Origin: Anthoceros angustus
Lineage: Eukaryota > Plantae > Anthocerotophyta
Assembly (NCBI GenBank): GCA_010909165.1
Contig: MU008163.1
Location: 1,736,001-1,800,000 of the forward strand
Reading direction: 5' to 3'
DNA length: 64,000 bases
In this document: positions 25,739-38,518 of the stretch, one piece after another
How positions within the stretch are numbered: the stretch's first letter is position 1
How the letters are laid out: each line of letters begins with the position of its first letter
Notes under the pieces: generated by a model
Told to the model about the DNA's origin: nothing
Databases searched by the model: none
Seen by the model: the letters and a program-made list of their open reading frames with translations, nothing else
Position numbers and translations under genes: made by a program

Positions 25739-28553
25739 TTAGAAACTAAATCCTCCAGGTGGGATAACTGTTCCACCAGTGAATATGAAGGGACATGGAT
25801 CGCTCAACAATGAATTTGCATTTTGCTCTTCTGCCTCTTCTTCTTGCCAATACGTTTCCAAAAGTTTTACTGATTTCTCATAAATATCTGTGTTGTCGTG
25901 TGTTTGCAAATTCTCTATTCTTTCCAAACCTCCAGCCTCATCAATAAATCGAGCATATAGATTTATTCCTTCTGTATTGCCCAGATCTTTTTCTGATTCA
26001 CCAACTCTTAAAATATTTTCCAATCCCTCAAGTGCAACGTTGATAATTCTTGAATCGGAGCAGCCAAGGAGGTCACATAGTGGTTTGATGCATCCTTGGT
26101 TGATTAAGTATCTGCATAGTTCATAAATATATTAGCTTGAATGTTTTGAATTTAAAAATTATAAATAGTAGAAATACTGACTGTATTTGCTCATGAGTTC
26201 CTCCTGAAGTTGCATTTGAGATTGCCCATGCAGCTTCTTTCTTAATATCAAATTCAGCTGATGCTAATAATGATACCAAAGGAGGAATAATGTTGGCATC
26301 AATAACAGCCTGAAAACTCAAAAATAAGTAGTAAGAATATTTTCCAAATAAACTATTTTATATAAAATAATTAACCATACATTAAATAAATATTACCTGT
26401 ATTTGATTTTTATTTCCTGCTGTTATATTGGATATAGTCCAACATGCTTCTTTCTTGATGCTCTTTTTATGATTATGAGTGAGAAGAGTCAAAAGGCATG
26501 GAAGTGCTTGGTTCTCAATAATAAACTGAGGTATCAGAAAGTGCATCAAGTTTAGCCAATTCATTCAAAATACATATGACAGTAATCATCAACTTCAATT
26601 CATCCATTGAAATACATGGGGAAATCCTATGTAGACAAACAAAGTAATTGAGGATAATTAGAGGGGACCAAGATTACCTGAGTTTGTAGGTCATCACCAG
26701 TAACAATATTTCCAACTGTACGAAGAGCAGGAATAAGAACGGATGGGGAAAAGTGCCTATTAAATTCAGAATAAGTTAGTAAAGTGCCTAATGAAAGAGC
26801 AGGAATAAGAACGGATGGGGAAAAGTGCCTATTGAATTCAAAATATTTTAGTAAAGTGCCAAATGAATTAATCTACCAAATCAACACAAGTTACAATATT
26901 AGCATAGACATATTCCTATTTTGCTAGAACAAACATCTTTGGAAAGAACTTCCAACTACAACTCATGAAGACAATAATGGATAACTCATTTTTCGAAGAT
27001 ACATGTTGTTTAAAAAACTTACAACAATTCTTCAACAAGAACTCAAAACTCAATTGGTTAAGTAAAGAAGAGCTTACAACAATAATTCAACAAGGCGGCG
27101 ACAAACTCCTGCTTCTATTACCGCTTGAATTTTGTCGTTGGTTCCATCTGATAGATATGATAATGCCCAACATGCATCTGTAAGAACCTCTTCATCGGTT
27201 GAATGAATGAGTCTCTCCAGAGCAGGTAATGCGGGCTTCGACTGTATAACAAAACAAAATTAATCTTTTAAAATATATATCTAAACTTTTTATCATCATT
27301 TCTGCTAATGCTAATCATTCCAAGTGGTGGGAACAAAACCTGTTCAAAAGGTGGTTGAGGTTTTCCACGACAAAAGTTTGATAAGGTCCAAGTTGCATTT
27401 CTTAGCATTGAAATTTTTGTGTTTTCGCTCAATTGGGCAAGCAAAGGCATCATAGCCCCACTATTCAAAACAAGGTCTCGACACTTTGAAGAGTCTCCAG
27501 CAACATTTCCAAGAGCCCAAACCGCCTTCAAGAAAGAAAACCATCCACATATTAGATTCAAGCTTCAAAACAAAAGCACTGATTCGTCTCAAACCAGTAA
27601 AGCTAAACAGTGATATGTCCGTACTTGTTCACGAACATCGTCGTTGGGAGAGCTCAAAAGTTGTACAAAAATAGGCACGGCACCATGGTCAATCACCACT
27701 CTGGTGTGTTCTGAAGTTCCAGACGCAATATTCGTCAAAGCCCAAGCTGCTTCAAACTGGAATAAGATTGACGGCCGGCCAGTCAGCTCGCATGTTGGAT
27801 CGACCATGTTCATAACACAAGCACAACAAGTACTATCATACCTGAAGTTGAGGAAAATCATGCCTCAGCAAGAATTCAACAAAACGAGGAACCACCCTCG
27901 ATGCAATGACCTCTTCGATCGGAGGGCTGCGTTCTGGCATTACACAGAGCCTAGTTAGATGGAGATGCCACATGGCCTGCACACTCGCACCAAGTTCTGA
28001 ATCTTCGAGTACCTATGGATAAGAGTTTTCGGAACTGGCTGGTGGCATCCAGTTGTGTTGCTGCATCTTCTGACCAGACTCCTGCTACCATCGCCGGCAA
28101 GCTCTCTAGCTGGAAAAGATCACCAGTAAGAGAGCATCGCAAATGCTTTGTCTGCTAAACTAAGATCGCAATTTGTTCGCTCCCAAGCTTTATGCTACAG
28201 GCTACGACGCTCTCTGTCCATCCATACATGAATTCTTGCCATTCTTGATTCCTTTCGTGTGCTGATCGGGAGAGATGTGCACAAGTTTTGCTGAAGCATG
28301 AACGGAAGGAAGATCGGCCCACGATGAGAGGGAAAATGCTCACATTTTTGCGCCCCTTCTTGTCAGACGGGAGGCTGGAAGTCTGCTGAGATGCAGCGCC
28401 TTCTCGGCGCTTCTTTTGCAAATTCTCTTCCCGCTTGCTCTTCCGGATCTCCACCATGTTGTCCTCGCGTTTCCGGCGGGCCTCATCTGCGTCCACAGCA
28501 AGCTTGTAGTTCTTCTTGCGCAAATCCACTCGGATGGCTGGCCGGAGCGACAT
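25739..28553 (-). CDS. IMPA: Importin subunit alpha (multi-exon)
   Basis: IBB domain ([30 protein letters not shown]), ARM repeats ([54 protein letters not shown]), C-terminal GGFSF. Confidence 0.96.
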
Positions 28554-29279
28554 GGCTCTCCCCTGCCGATGCTCCGCTAACAAGAGCTGAGATCTCAAGC
28601 GGAAGCAGCCATGGATCGCGCCAGCCTCGATGGCCGCTTGCTCCAGTCGTCAAATGGCTTGGCTTGATCGGGCTGCGAGCGGAGCCATGTGGTTGGGAGA
28701 GTTGCGCACTTGGAAAAAGGAGTTCTTGTGGTTCCCAGGGTTCCCGTCTTAACGGGGCCCGTAAGTTTGGACGGAACGGGGCCGCGACGTGGCCGCTCTT
28801 GTGCCTTGGACTGGGTATGGCGGCGGCTAGGCCTTTTGTGGGCTCCCCTTCGTACATAAAAAGTCGAAGGAAAGACAAAGTCGGGGGAAGGACAAAATCG
28901 GAGCAATCTTTGTCTGGTGGGTACTATTCAGTCGTGGTCGCGGCTCTCGTCGTCATAGGATTGTTCGTCTCCATTGCGGAATTCGGCAGCTGGAGCAGTC
29001 TGTCCAGCTGACCGCGGACGAACTGCTGCTGCCTCGTTTCAACTCATGGGTGTGCCTGGTCGTAGCAGTAATAGGACAGGGGCGCGTGACTAAGAAGGAG
29101 AAGGTATGGCTGCTGTTTGCTTGTTTTGCGTCGGTTTGCCAGCGTAGCACTCTGTGGTGTAGTCTATGTGTTGTGTTGTGGAGGTTGGGAAATCTGCGCG
29201 CATAGCTGTTAGCGATGGAATTGTTGCTCGTATTTGGGACTTGCTGCGCTCGTGGGTTGACAGCTTGTCTGGTTCAGAG

Positions 29280-32122
29280 ATGGCAACGAGGCCGAGAAGG
29301 GCAGTTCGGAGAGTCGTGGTGGAGCAGGAGAGTGATTACGAGGAGAGCTCAGACGAGGAAGAGGAGGAAGACCATGACCTTGTTGTCGAGTCTGAAGATG
29401 ATGATGATGCTGATGAGAAGGAGCAGGACGCTGATGTAGAGGAAGTGGAGCTGAAGGACGAGGTTGAGAAGAAGAGGAAGAAGCGGCCTATAACTATCAG
29501 TCTGAAAGGTGCCAAGGTCTGCAAGGTAAGTGCCCTTTTCCAGAATGAACAGGATGGTGTGTGGACGATGGTTCTTGATGTATTAGGGATTTTGTGATTG
29601 TTTTCGTTCTTGCGGTGATAAGATATTTGGGTTGTGATCGCAGGTTTGCAAAAAGCCTGGTCATCAAGCAGGGTTTGTGGGTTCCGTGTATCTTGATTGC
29701 CCAAATAAACCGTGTTATTTATGTAAGAAGCCTGGTAAGTACGTAGTGGTGAGCAAGGTAGTATGCACTGGAATTTGTTCTACAGGTTTGTGCATTGATG
29801 ACTGGATTTGTGGCTGAGAGCTTGAGGATCCTTCTCTTTGTCAGGGCACACCACTGCAACGTGTCCACATCGAGTGGCAACAGAGCATGGCGTTGCACCA
29901 GCTCCTCGGAGACACTCTCTTGGCATTGTTGATTTTGTGCATGAGCGCCAGCTTCGGTCTCATGTTCCTGCGGTATGCATGTCTCTGGTCTTAACCGCTG
30001 AGCTCTTCATGTTTTCCTGGAATTTTTGTTGGCAGGGTCGGTTTATCTGCTTTTGTAATCTTTGTGCATGCAGTGGAAACGTGCCCCAATTATTCCAGAC
30101 AGAGTTAACGCCGCTGTCATAAGGTTGCACAGCAGGAGGATAACGAATCTGGAATTCCACCCTACAAGAGACAGCATTGTCATATCAGGAGACAAGGTTT
30201 CTTCCCCACTCTGTGCTGTCTGTCTTTCCTGGTAGATGAGCTAGTGGGAGCAATACTCGCGATCTCTTTATGGATGCCCCTCTGTGGTTTTCCACCCTGT
30301 AATGCTGGAGTGTAGCTGACATGTCTGGTAACTGGTTTTTTGCAGAAAGGGCAGCTTGGGGTCTGGGATTTTGAGAAGGTGTTTGAAAAAACAGTGTATA
30401 ACACTGTTCACAGTTGTCTAGTCAACAGCATCAAGTGAGTCTCTCAAATGTGTTTGCTATTTGGTTTCAGCTATCAACTTGATTGGCTCGGCTTGGTGGT
30501 TTCTTGATGTTTGAGGTATGCCTCATCTTGGGCTACAGATTCATATATTTGGTACTGGACCTGCAGATTTAATCCACGAAACACTGATACTATCTATACC
30601 TCTGGATCTGATGGGACTGTGTGCTGGACTGATTTGGAAACGGGAATTGCCTCAAGCATGATTGATTTGAATCCGGATGGTTGGAATGTAATGTTTTCCT
30701 ATTTATTGGAAGTCATCTTTGCCTCCTGCAAAACAACTTTGGTGCCTGTCTGACAAGGAAGCCTTTCTTTTTTCTTGAAGGGTCCAGCGACGTGGAAGAT
30801 GATGTACGCAATGGATGTCAACAAATCACGGAATGTCGTGCTAGCAGCAGACAACCGGGGTTATCTGTATCAGTATGTATAGATATCCTGCAATGCTTTA
30901 GTGTACCTTCAGCATTCCTGTTTTTGTTTGCTGATGTGAAGGAACTGTTTCTGCAGATTGGATCTGCGAGAACATAAGAGTGGCAGTCGGCATTCTCAGG
31001 GTGCTCTTGGCGATCCAAAGCTGATACACAAGAAGGGTACGAAGATTGTAGGGATTCATTGCAATCCGGTTGATCCTGATATCTTCATGACAGCAGGAAA
31101 CGATCATCTGGTACTTGGCATGCTCAACCTTTTCCCTACCGTTGTCCTGTTTGGAAACATCTCACAGTCTACTGTCGAGATGAATACTAGAACTGAGACG
31201 ATGTGTTCCTTTCGATCCTCCCAGGCTAGGCTATGGGATTTACGGATGTTGGCGGACGAGTCCTCCAGTCTAGCAAACTTACAGCATCCCAGGGTTGTCA
31301 ACTCTGCCTACTTCTCGGAGTTAACGGGGAGCAAAATTTTGACTACTTGCCAAGACAACAGAATACGTGTTTGGGACTCCATCTTTGGGGCTCTGTCAGA
31401 ACCAAGTAGAGAGATTGTACATAGCCACGATTTCAATCGTTACCTAACATGTTTCCGAGCGGAGTGGGATCCAAAGGTACATGCTTTCCACCGCACTAAA
31501 CCCATGGCCCTTCGCCTACTGTCTTGCCAAACACCGTCCTCTAATGCTTGCTTCTCACCAGGACCCCTCGGAGAATCTGTTCGTCATTGGACGCTACATC
31601 AGTGATGACTTCCAAGGGGTTGCTCTCCACCCCATCGACTTCATCGATGCTAGTACAGGTCAGCTCGTTTCAGAGGTCAAAGATCACGCCATCACCACAA
31701 TCTGCCCTGTCAACAAGCTGCACCCTCGGCTAGACGTCTTGGCGACTGGCAGCTCCAGGTAAACCCTCCAGACTCGACTAGCTCAAGACCCCACCCACTA
31801 AAGCGCAGTTCAGTCTCCCTGACCAGCAGCATCTGCCTGTCTCAGGTCACTTTTCATCTGGAGGCCCAGCGACGACTCAGAAACAGAGGACAAAGGCACC
31901 ACTGACATCAGGTCCGAGGCGTGCATTTACAATGTAGGCGAAACCAGTGGGAAGAAGGGCAAGGGCAAGCTGGATGACGACGAAGATGATGATGACGATT
32001 TCTGCACCAAGGGGAAGGGGAATGGGAAAGGCAAGGGCAATGGCAAGGGCAAGAGCAGGCCTGTGCCCATCAAGCTGGTGGAAACCCCTGCACCCAAGAA
32101 GAAACCCAGGAATGGGAAGTAG
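29280..32122 (+). CDS. DDB2: DNA damage-binding protein 2, plant type (acidic N-terminus, Zn knuckle, WD40; multi-exon)
   Basis: PITISL..CKVCKKPGHQAGFVG..YLDCPNKPCYLCKKPGHTTATCPHR; HSRRITNLEFHPT; REIVHSHDFNRYLTCFRAEWDPK; LHPRLDVLATGSSR. Confidence 0.92.
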
Positions 32123-32311
32123 CATGAGTCCATGGTGCAAGTGCCGATCTTGAATGTGATTGTCCCAGTTGCTTGCTTGCTGGCTTGTAAATAGTACGTA
32201 CTTACTGAGCTGTGAGGAATTCCTTACAGCGGCATGGTGTACCGATTGGCGTCAATGGAAGGCGACTGAAGATGAGACTTGTCCCCTCATCCGCTAGCTT
32301 GTGAATGTCAC

Positions 32312-32480
32312 ATCACGAGACGGAGTCGTCTCACGAGACGAAGACGTCTCACGAGACGAAGACGTCTCACGAGACGAAGACGTCTCACGAGACGAAGACG
32401 TCTCACGAGATCAAGACGTCTCAAGAGATCAAGACGTCTCACGAGATAGAAGTCGTCTCACGAGATAGAAGTCGTCTCAG
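32312..32480. repeat. 18-bp minisatellite (tctcacgagacgaagacg) x ~9
   Basis: Visible directly; each unit contains the inverted pair CGTCTC-ac-GAGACG. Confidence 0.95.
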
Positions 32481-33166
32481 AGTTTCAGAATTTCCGTCTC
32501 TGTGAGGCCTTTCCAACTTTTGGAGTGTATTCTCGTGTTCGGTGACGCTACCTTCCAGGTGCCTGCTTCCGTGTTGATTCCGCTGGCTGGAAATACGGTG
32601 ACCGTAATCATGAAACGCGAATCACGATTCACGAAACGCGCGTCTTGAAGGAGTCGTGACGGACGAGCCGTCTCCGAGTCCTGTCCAGTCTACGTTGTTT
32701 GGAGCAGGCAGTGGCAGGCCTTGCATCTTGGCGCCCTATTCGGCCTTTATTGAATCGGCATCTTCGGTTGCTGCTCCTGCGCCGGTGATTCGCGTTTCAT
32801 TCACCTCTGGTTCGCTGTGTCCGCCGGATTGCGCCATTGCCGATGCGAGCTTGCGAGAGGGCGAGCTGCCGGGGCATTCGACGGAGACAGTACAGGTGAG
32901 CGGAATTCTGGTGTGCAATTCTAGTGAAGCTGTTGCGGAGCTGGTGGATGGATGCGGCAAATTGTGCTGGAGAGCTGCATTGCGGGTTGCCGGAATGGCG
33001 ATCGGTATGGTTGTGGTTGTGGTTGTGATTCTGGAGGGGACGCGGTTTTTGGTAGGGCATGCAGTGGAGTGAAAGTTGGAAGTGAGGTTTGCTGCTTCCT
33101 GCTGTTCTGGTATGAGGATCTGAGGATGTGGAGCGGCAGGCCGATGAATGAAGAGGCCTGTCGAGC

Positions 33167-35543
33167 ATGGACATGAAGCGGTTAGCGGAGAGCTTGGGAC
33201 AGGGGGCCGGAGTTTCAGCTGAGGAGGAGTCGTTGAGGACTGGTGTTGGGAAGGCGGACTCGGACAGGCGGCTCAAGGAGGCGGAGAAGAGGTTCCGGGA
33301 TGCGGTAGAAGAACTTAGGCGAATTCATGTCACTAAGGACACCGAGGCGCTGTTCCAGAGTGGCAGGCATCCGCTTTGTCAGCATGGAGATTCGTGCGTG
33401 GCCAATGCTGTGGGAAGCCTGTGTCAGAGCTTTCTGCTGGCGTACGGTGTAAGGGTTGGGATAGGCGTGCTGTTGAGAGCCTTCAAGCTGGCTAGAAAGC
33501 GGCCTTACCATTCTTTTCTGGATTTGAAGGTGCGAGTTTTTGCTCTCATCTTCTTTGAAACACGGCGTGTGATAGTGATTCAGGCAGCAAGACGAGATGT
33601 GAGATGATTCTCACTCTGAGATGTGTGTTTGTCGTGCTGCTCCAGCTGCTTCTGTCGGAAAACAACTTGATTGTTAGGGAGGAGGCTGTTCGCATTGGTT
33701 TGCTGTTTGGAGGTTTTACAGGTGCCTTTCATGGCATCAGGTGCCTGTTGCGCCGGGCACGAGGAAAGGAGACTCCTTTGAATGCGTAATGATCCTGCCA
33801 TCGCATAGCTCCACCTTTGAGTAAGCGGTGAAGCCATGCCAGTATATTTCAGCTGATTGACTCGGTGCTGGACGTGAGCAGGTTTGTTGCTGGAGCGGTA
33901 GCTGGCTTGTCTGTTATCTCATTGGATGATTCTAGCAAGCGGCGCACGTTCGCTCTGTACCTATTGGCTCGCGTTGGACAGGTACTTGGTCACCCAGCTC
34001 TTGGCAGCTTAACGGTGATAAACCATTCGCAGTCAGGAAACTGTGCTTTGGGCCTGTACGTGTTCATGCAGATCTCAGCTACTCACCCAAACAGCTCTCC
34101 TGTAGCGAGGCCTCACCTCTGTGTGGATGATGGCTGTGTAGTGTGCGTACAACTCTGCAAAGGCTCAGAACAAGTTCCACTTTTGGGGAAGTCAGTGGCA
34201 GCATGGCGACACATTACTATTTGCATTGGCATCAGCACAGGTGCGGGGAAGAGCTGGTTTTTGGTTTTTGTCTCCCTTTTCAATTCAGCTGAAAGTGTGA
34301 TGGGAGACTTGAAAATGTTGCAGATCATGTACGCGTTTGTCATGCGCCCAGAGACCTTGCCCAAGTCATACACGGATTTCATTTCCAAGACTGGGCCTAT
34401 TGCAAAGCCTGTGTACAAGGCTGTTCGTGAGAGCTGCCGTGGCGGTCCTGTGGATGTGGGAGCTTTAGCTGCTTACATCGAAGCTCGAACGGGGCGGGTG
34501 CCTGTAGGCCTGGACACTAATATGCCTGTCATTCCGTGCTCAAGTGTGCACCCGGAGACTGCTTCCTGCTTGCTGCACAACGTGAAGGCAACACGAGCAA
34601 CTTTTCGCAAGACATTTCCTCTCTATTTATCCCTTACCCTTGTTCCATTCGTGATACTCAACATCCAGAAGGTCAGTTGGATGGACATGTTGGTTTGTTA
34701 TGTCATGTTCGTGTGTTTTTAGATCTGACTCAATACACGTTCCATTCAGTTCATGCAAGCTCCTCTCCATACTTGCTGGAATGCCCTGAAGAGCGCTCTG
34801 AGGTCAACCTCGTTCCTTTCTGCTTTTGTGGGGATTTATCAGGTAGCCCTTTCTGACCTGGAAAATTGGTAAGACTGTTCTCAGTTGGTTGAAAGCTAAT
34901 GACTATGTTCGTGCAACCCATCGGGTGAATCTATCCTTTTCACAGGCCGTCATATGTTGGCAAAGGAAGTTTGTGGTAAAGGATCACAAGCTTACCTACA
35001 TGTTTGCTGGCGCTAGTGCTGCTCTCTCAGCGCTGATAGAGAAGAAGAGCAGGCGATCCGAACTGGCCCTCTACACACTTCCTCGTGCAGCTGACTCGCT
35101 GTGGTACATTCTAGTTAACAGGCATCTATTGCCTGACTTGAAGCATGCTGAAGTACGGTTCCTACCTCCTGCCTCTTCATATCTCCGTCTGTTAAGCAGC
35201 TCCTACATGCTAACCTCACCACCTTGCTCAGTTGCTCACACATCTCGTCCGCCAACCGCAGATTGCGCTGTTCTGTCTCTGCATGGGAGCGGTGATGTAC
35301 TACCACGAATATGAGCCAGACACAATGGCCCCTTTCTTGAGAGGCCTTATCAAGCGATTCCTCAACCGAACGGGCACACCAGATCAGGCTTCAGGACTAG
35401 GCTACCAGTTCATTCAACCCTTAATTGGGGAAATTTCTCAGCGAAATGCTGTTCCTCCGTCTCTACCTGCAGTGGCTGAGAGCCGTGAGTCGCCCAAGGA
35501 CCACAAACCTGGTGATTCCTTGAGCACGGACCTCACATTGTAG
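33167..35543 (+). CDS. TMEM135-like (Tim17/22/23-related) membrane protein, multi-exon
   Basis: CVANAVGSLCQSFLLAYGVRVGIGVLLRAF; VREEAVRIGLLFGGFTG; QIMYAFVMRPETLPKSY; EKKSRRSELALYTLPRA. Confidence 0.85.
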
Positions 35544-35747
35544 AGGCTGGAACTGGTCCTCGAAGACTATCTCATTCTTTCCATATATTCATTATTAAAT
35601 AATACTATTTCGGAAGTTTATGATTTAGGTTTTCAAAGCCTCCTCAAGTCCTCGAGCCTCGGGATGAAACCGTGACTTGCCTTCTCTATACATATGTAGC
35701 CTATATAACAGCTTAGAAGACTGTGGTGAGGTGAGATTCTGGTTGCC

Positions 35748-37070
35748 ATGGATGTGTTGAAGCAGGAACTGGCGCGGAAGAGGAAGGCGTTTGAGCAGGA
35801 CTTTGGGGGGCGGAAGTTTGTGAAGAGAGGAGAGATCGAGCAGAAGGAGCTCGAGAGGATCAGGGAGGGAGAGCGGAAGGAGCTTCTGGAAAGAGCGAAG
35901 AAGGCGCAGGCCGGAGCAGCAGATGCCGCAGCGCATGCTTCAGATGCGCCATCGCTGCCTTCTTCGGCCAAGGGTTCCGCCAAGGGGAAGGAAATGGCAA
36001 GTGAGGAGTCTAAAATCGATGACTTAGTCTTACCACGCGGTGAGGTTATACGGCAGCTGAGGATTCTGAAGGCTCCGATCACGCTGTTCGGTGAGGATGA
36101 TGACATGCGGCTGGCCAGGTTGAAGTTGGTGCTGAAACAGGGGGTGCTGGATCCCGACAGTGAGTTGATGGAGGGGCAGAGGAACGACTTTCTAGCAGAC
36201 ATGGCGGAATTGAAGAAGCGGGAGAAGCACGGACGGTTGCATGGGAAGAAGGGGAAGCATCACAAGGAAAAGGATACGATGGATGCGGAGGATAAGGACA
36301 ATGGCGGTGATAAGGAGGGCGGCGGAGGCGGCTCCTCGGGGCTTGACACAGATAAGGACATCAAGAGACTTAAGAGTAATTTCGATGACCTAGGGGATGA
36401 GGACAAGATTTTGGTGTTTTTCAAGCGTCTTCTCCAAGAATGGGAGCAGGAGCTGGAGGACCGGCCAGAGAATGAGAGGAGAACAGGCAGGGGCAAGTCG
36501 AGTGTGGCTATTTTCAAGCAATGTGCTCGGTATCTTAAACCGCTGTTCAAAATGTGCAGGAAGCGGGTATGTGTAATTGCATGTAGTTGTTTTTTGCGTG
36601 GTTATCGTTTTGTAGATCCGGGAATGAGTTCTCACTTTCACGTTTGTGTGCAGATGTTACCAGATGACATCCGCCAGGCGCTGATGATTGTGGTGAATTG
36701 TTGTATGAAAAGAGACTACCTGACGGCAATGGACCAATACATCAAACTTGCTATTGGCAATGCACCTTGGCCAATTGGTGTCACTATGGTTGGCATTCAC
36801 GAGCGTTCTGCTCGGGAGAAGATTTACACCAACAGCGTGGCGCACATCATGAATGACGAGACTACGAGAAAATACTTGCAGTCTATCAAGAGACTGATGA
36901 CTTTATGCCAAAGGCGGTATCCATCAATGCCATCCAAGTCCGTGGAGTTCAACAGCCTGGCCAATGGTAGTGACCTTCAGTCTCTGCTGGCAGAGGAGAA
37001 GGCCAGGACAGGTAGTCACGTGGCAGAAGAAAGGTTGCTGCTTATGGCTAGCCCAGGTGATGACACTTGA
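35748..37070 (+). CDS. PRP18: Pre-mRNA splicing factor 18 (one 87-bp in-frame intron, 36567-36653)
   Basis: PRP4-like motif EVIRQLRILKAPITLFGE; Prp18 domain LAIGNAPWPIGVTMVGIHERSAREKI...HIMNDETTRKYLQSIKRL. Confidence 0.96.
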   Translation: MDVLKQELARKRKAFEQDFGGRKFVKRGEIEQKELERIREGERKELLERAKKAQAGAADAAAHASDAPSLPSSAKGSAKGKEMASEESKIDDLVLPRGEVIRQLRILKAPITLFGEDDDMRLARLKLVLKQGVLDPDSELMEGQRNDFLADMAELKKREKHGRLHGKKGKHHKEKDTMDAEDKDNGGDKEGGGGGSSGLDTDKDIKRLKSNFDDLGDEDKILVFFKRLLQEWEQELEDRPENERRTGRGKSSVAIFKQCARYLKPLFKMCRKRVCVIACSCFLRGYRFVDPGMSSHFHVCVQMLPDDIRQALMIVVNCCMKRDYLTAMDQYIKLAIGNAPWPIGVTMVGIHERSAREKIYTNSVAHIMNDETTRKYLQSIKRLMTLCQRRYPSMPSKSVEFNSLANGSDLQSLLAEEKARTGSHVAEERLLLMASPGDDT

Positions 37071-38518
37071 CAGCTGCAGCGAAGTGTTGTAGATTGTTTA
37101 GAGAGGAGGCAGGTGTTTGGAGCTTGAAGGGATCTTCAAATGTCCCTCTCGAGCTCTTGTATATTATCCATGTGGGCTCCGCAGTCCGTCATAACCGAGC
37201 TCACGACTTCACTTCAATTTCAGTGTGGTGGCTTGAACCAGGACCTTCTGTATTCTCACCCGATGTGCCAGTGGTGATCTAGCTCTGGGGCAGACGTTTT
37301 ACCCGTCTCTAATGGTAGGACTGTCAAGTGGATGTTTGAGTTTGTGCAAAAAGGAGACTTTGAGCATAGCTAAGTAGGTTGCATTGAGAAAGGTGTCTCC
37401 CGGCGTATGACACTTGAGATAGGGGACGGAGGGTTCTCTTTGAAGGTGCCCTTTGGCAACCTGCAAGTTGTATCTTGGGCTTTGTGCCTCCCCAAGGGAG
37501 GCCTGAAATGAATTAAGGACTATGCCTGGGAGCTTGCTCCTGGCCACTTCTGGCTCTGATGCCACTTTCTGAGTTTTCTAGCAATGTTTACAAACCAATG
37601 TCCAATCCATCCAGTGTTTGAAGGTTTCCCCAACAGTTGCAGGATACTGTCCTAACAGGCTGCTGTCTGCTGACACTTTCACCTTGTGATTTGCTGTGGC
37701 TGATGAGCGCGCACAGGATACGTGATGTTTGCTGGGGGCTGAACATGTGTAGCTAACCAATACGTCCCTGTGAAACAACTGTATGCTGGCTGTGTCTGAT
37801 TTAACCCGTGGCAGGTTGCCTGCCAGTATTGCTCCTTGTTAGCTTAACATCTGCCCATGAAGCAGAAACATTTGAAAGGCATTTGAAAGGTCTGAGTGAC
37901 ACTGTTTTTCATACAGGCCATAAACTGAGGGAGGACTAACAAGCGTGTGTCCATGCCACTTATCTCCTCTCATTCAGAAACATAACCAACAGGACCTTTT
38001 CACACGAGTCTCCGAGAAACTCCTTGCATGAGCTTTACTTCAAATGTTCCAAAAGGGAACTCGTGTTCGCAGTCCTGCGTTGAACAAGGCAGCCTTGGGT
38101 CATCTGTACGCGTGCTCCACCAGTCGTGCTTGCCACTCTCCACGCTAATCGTTGTCCTTGTGAGACATTGCTTCGCTCTCGGGCATATTTTTGTAATTAA
38201 TCAGTAAACTAATATTTTATTAATTTATGTTGGTATTAAAATATCTTAAACGTGATAAAATATCTAACAGAAAATAGAAAGCCTTTGGTTCCTTAGAAGA
38301 GGGTGTAATGTAACTAAAATAGAAGAGCTTATAGGTGGTAACGAGGAGTTGAGCTTGTATACCTACCTTAGACACATATGGAACACATCTTGCTTGTTGT
38401 CCCGATGGGTGTCAACGTGTTGTCATTCAGGATGTCATTTCTAACGTTATGTTTGCAATGGCTCATGAAAGTGGCTATAGGACTTGGAGGGAGCGTTGGT
38501 ATGCTTTATATGCATATT

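Noticed and set aside
32312-32480. CRISPR-like array
   Set aside because: No unique spacers, no cas genes, eukaryotic context; a simple minisatellite.
32305-32505. ORF MSHHETESSHETKTS...
   Set aside because: Translation of the minisatellite; no coding evidence.
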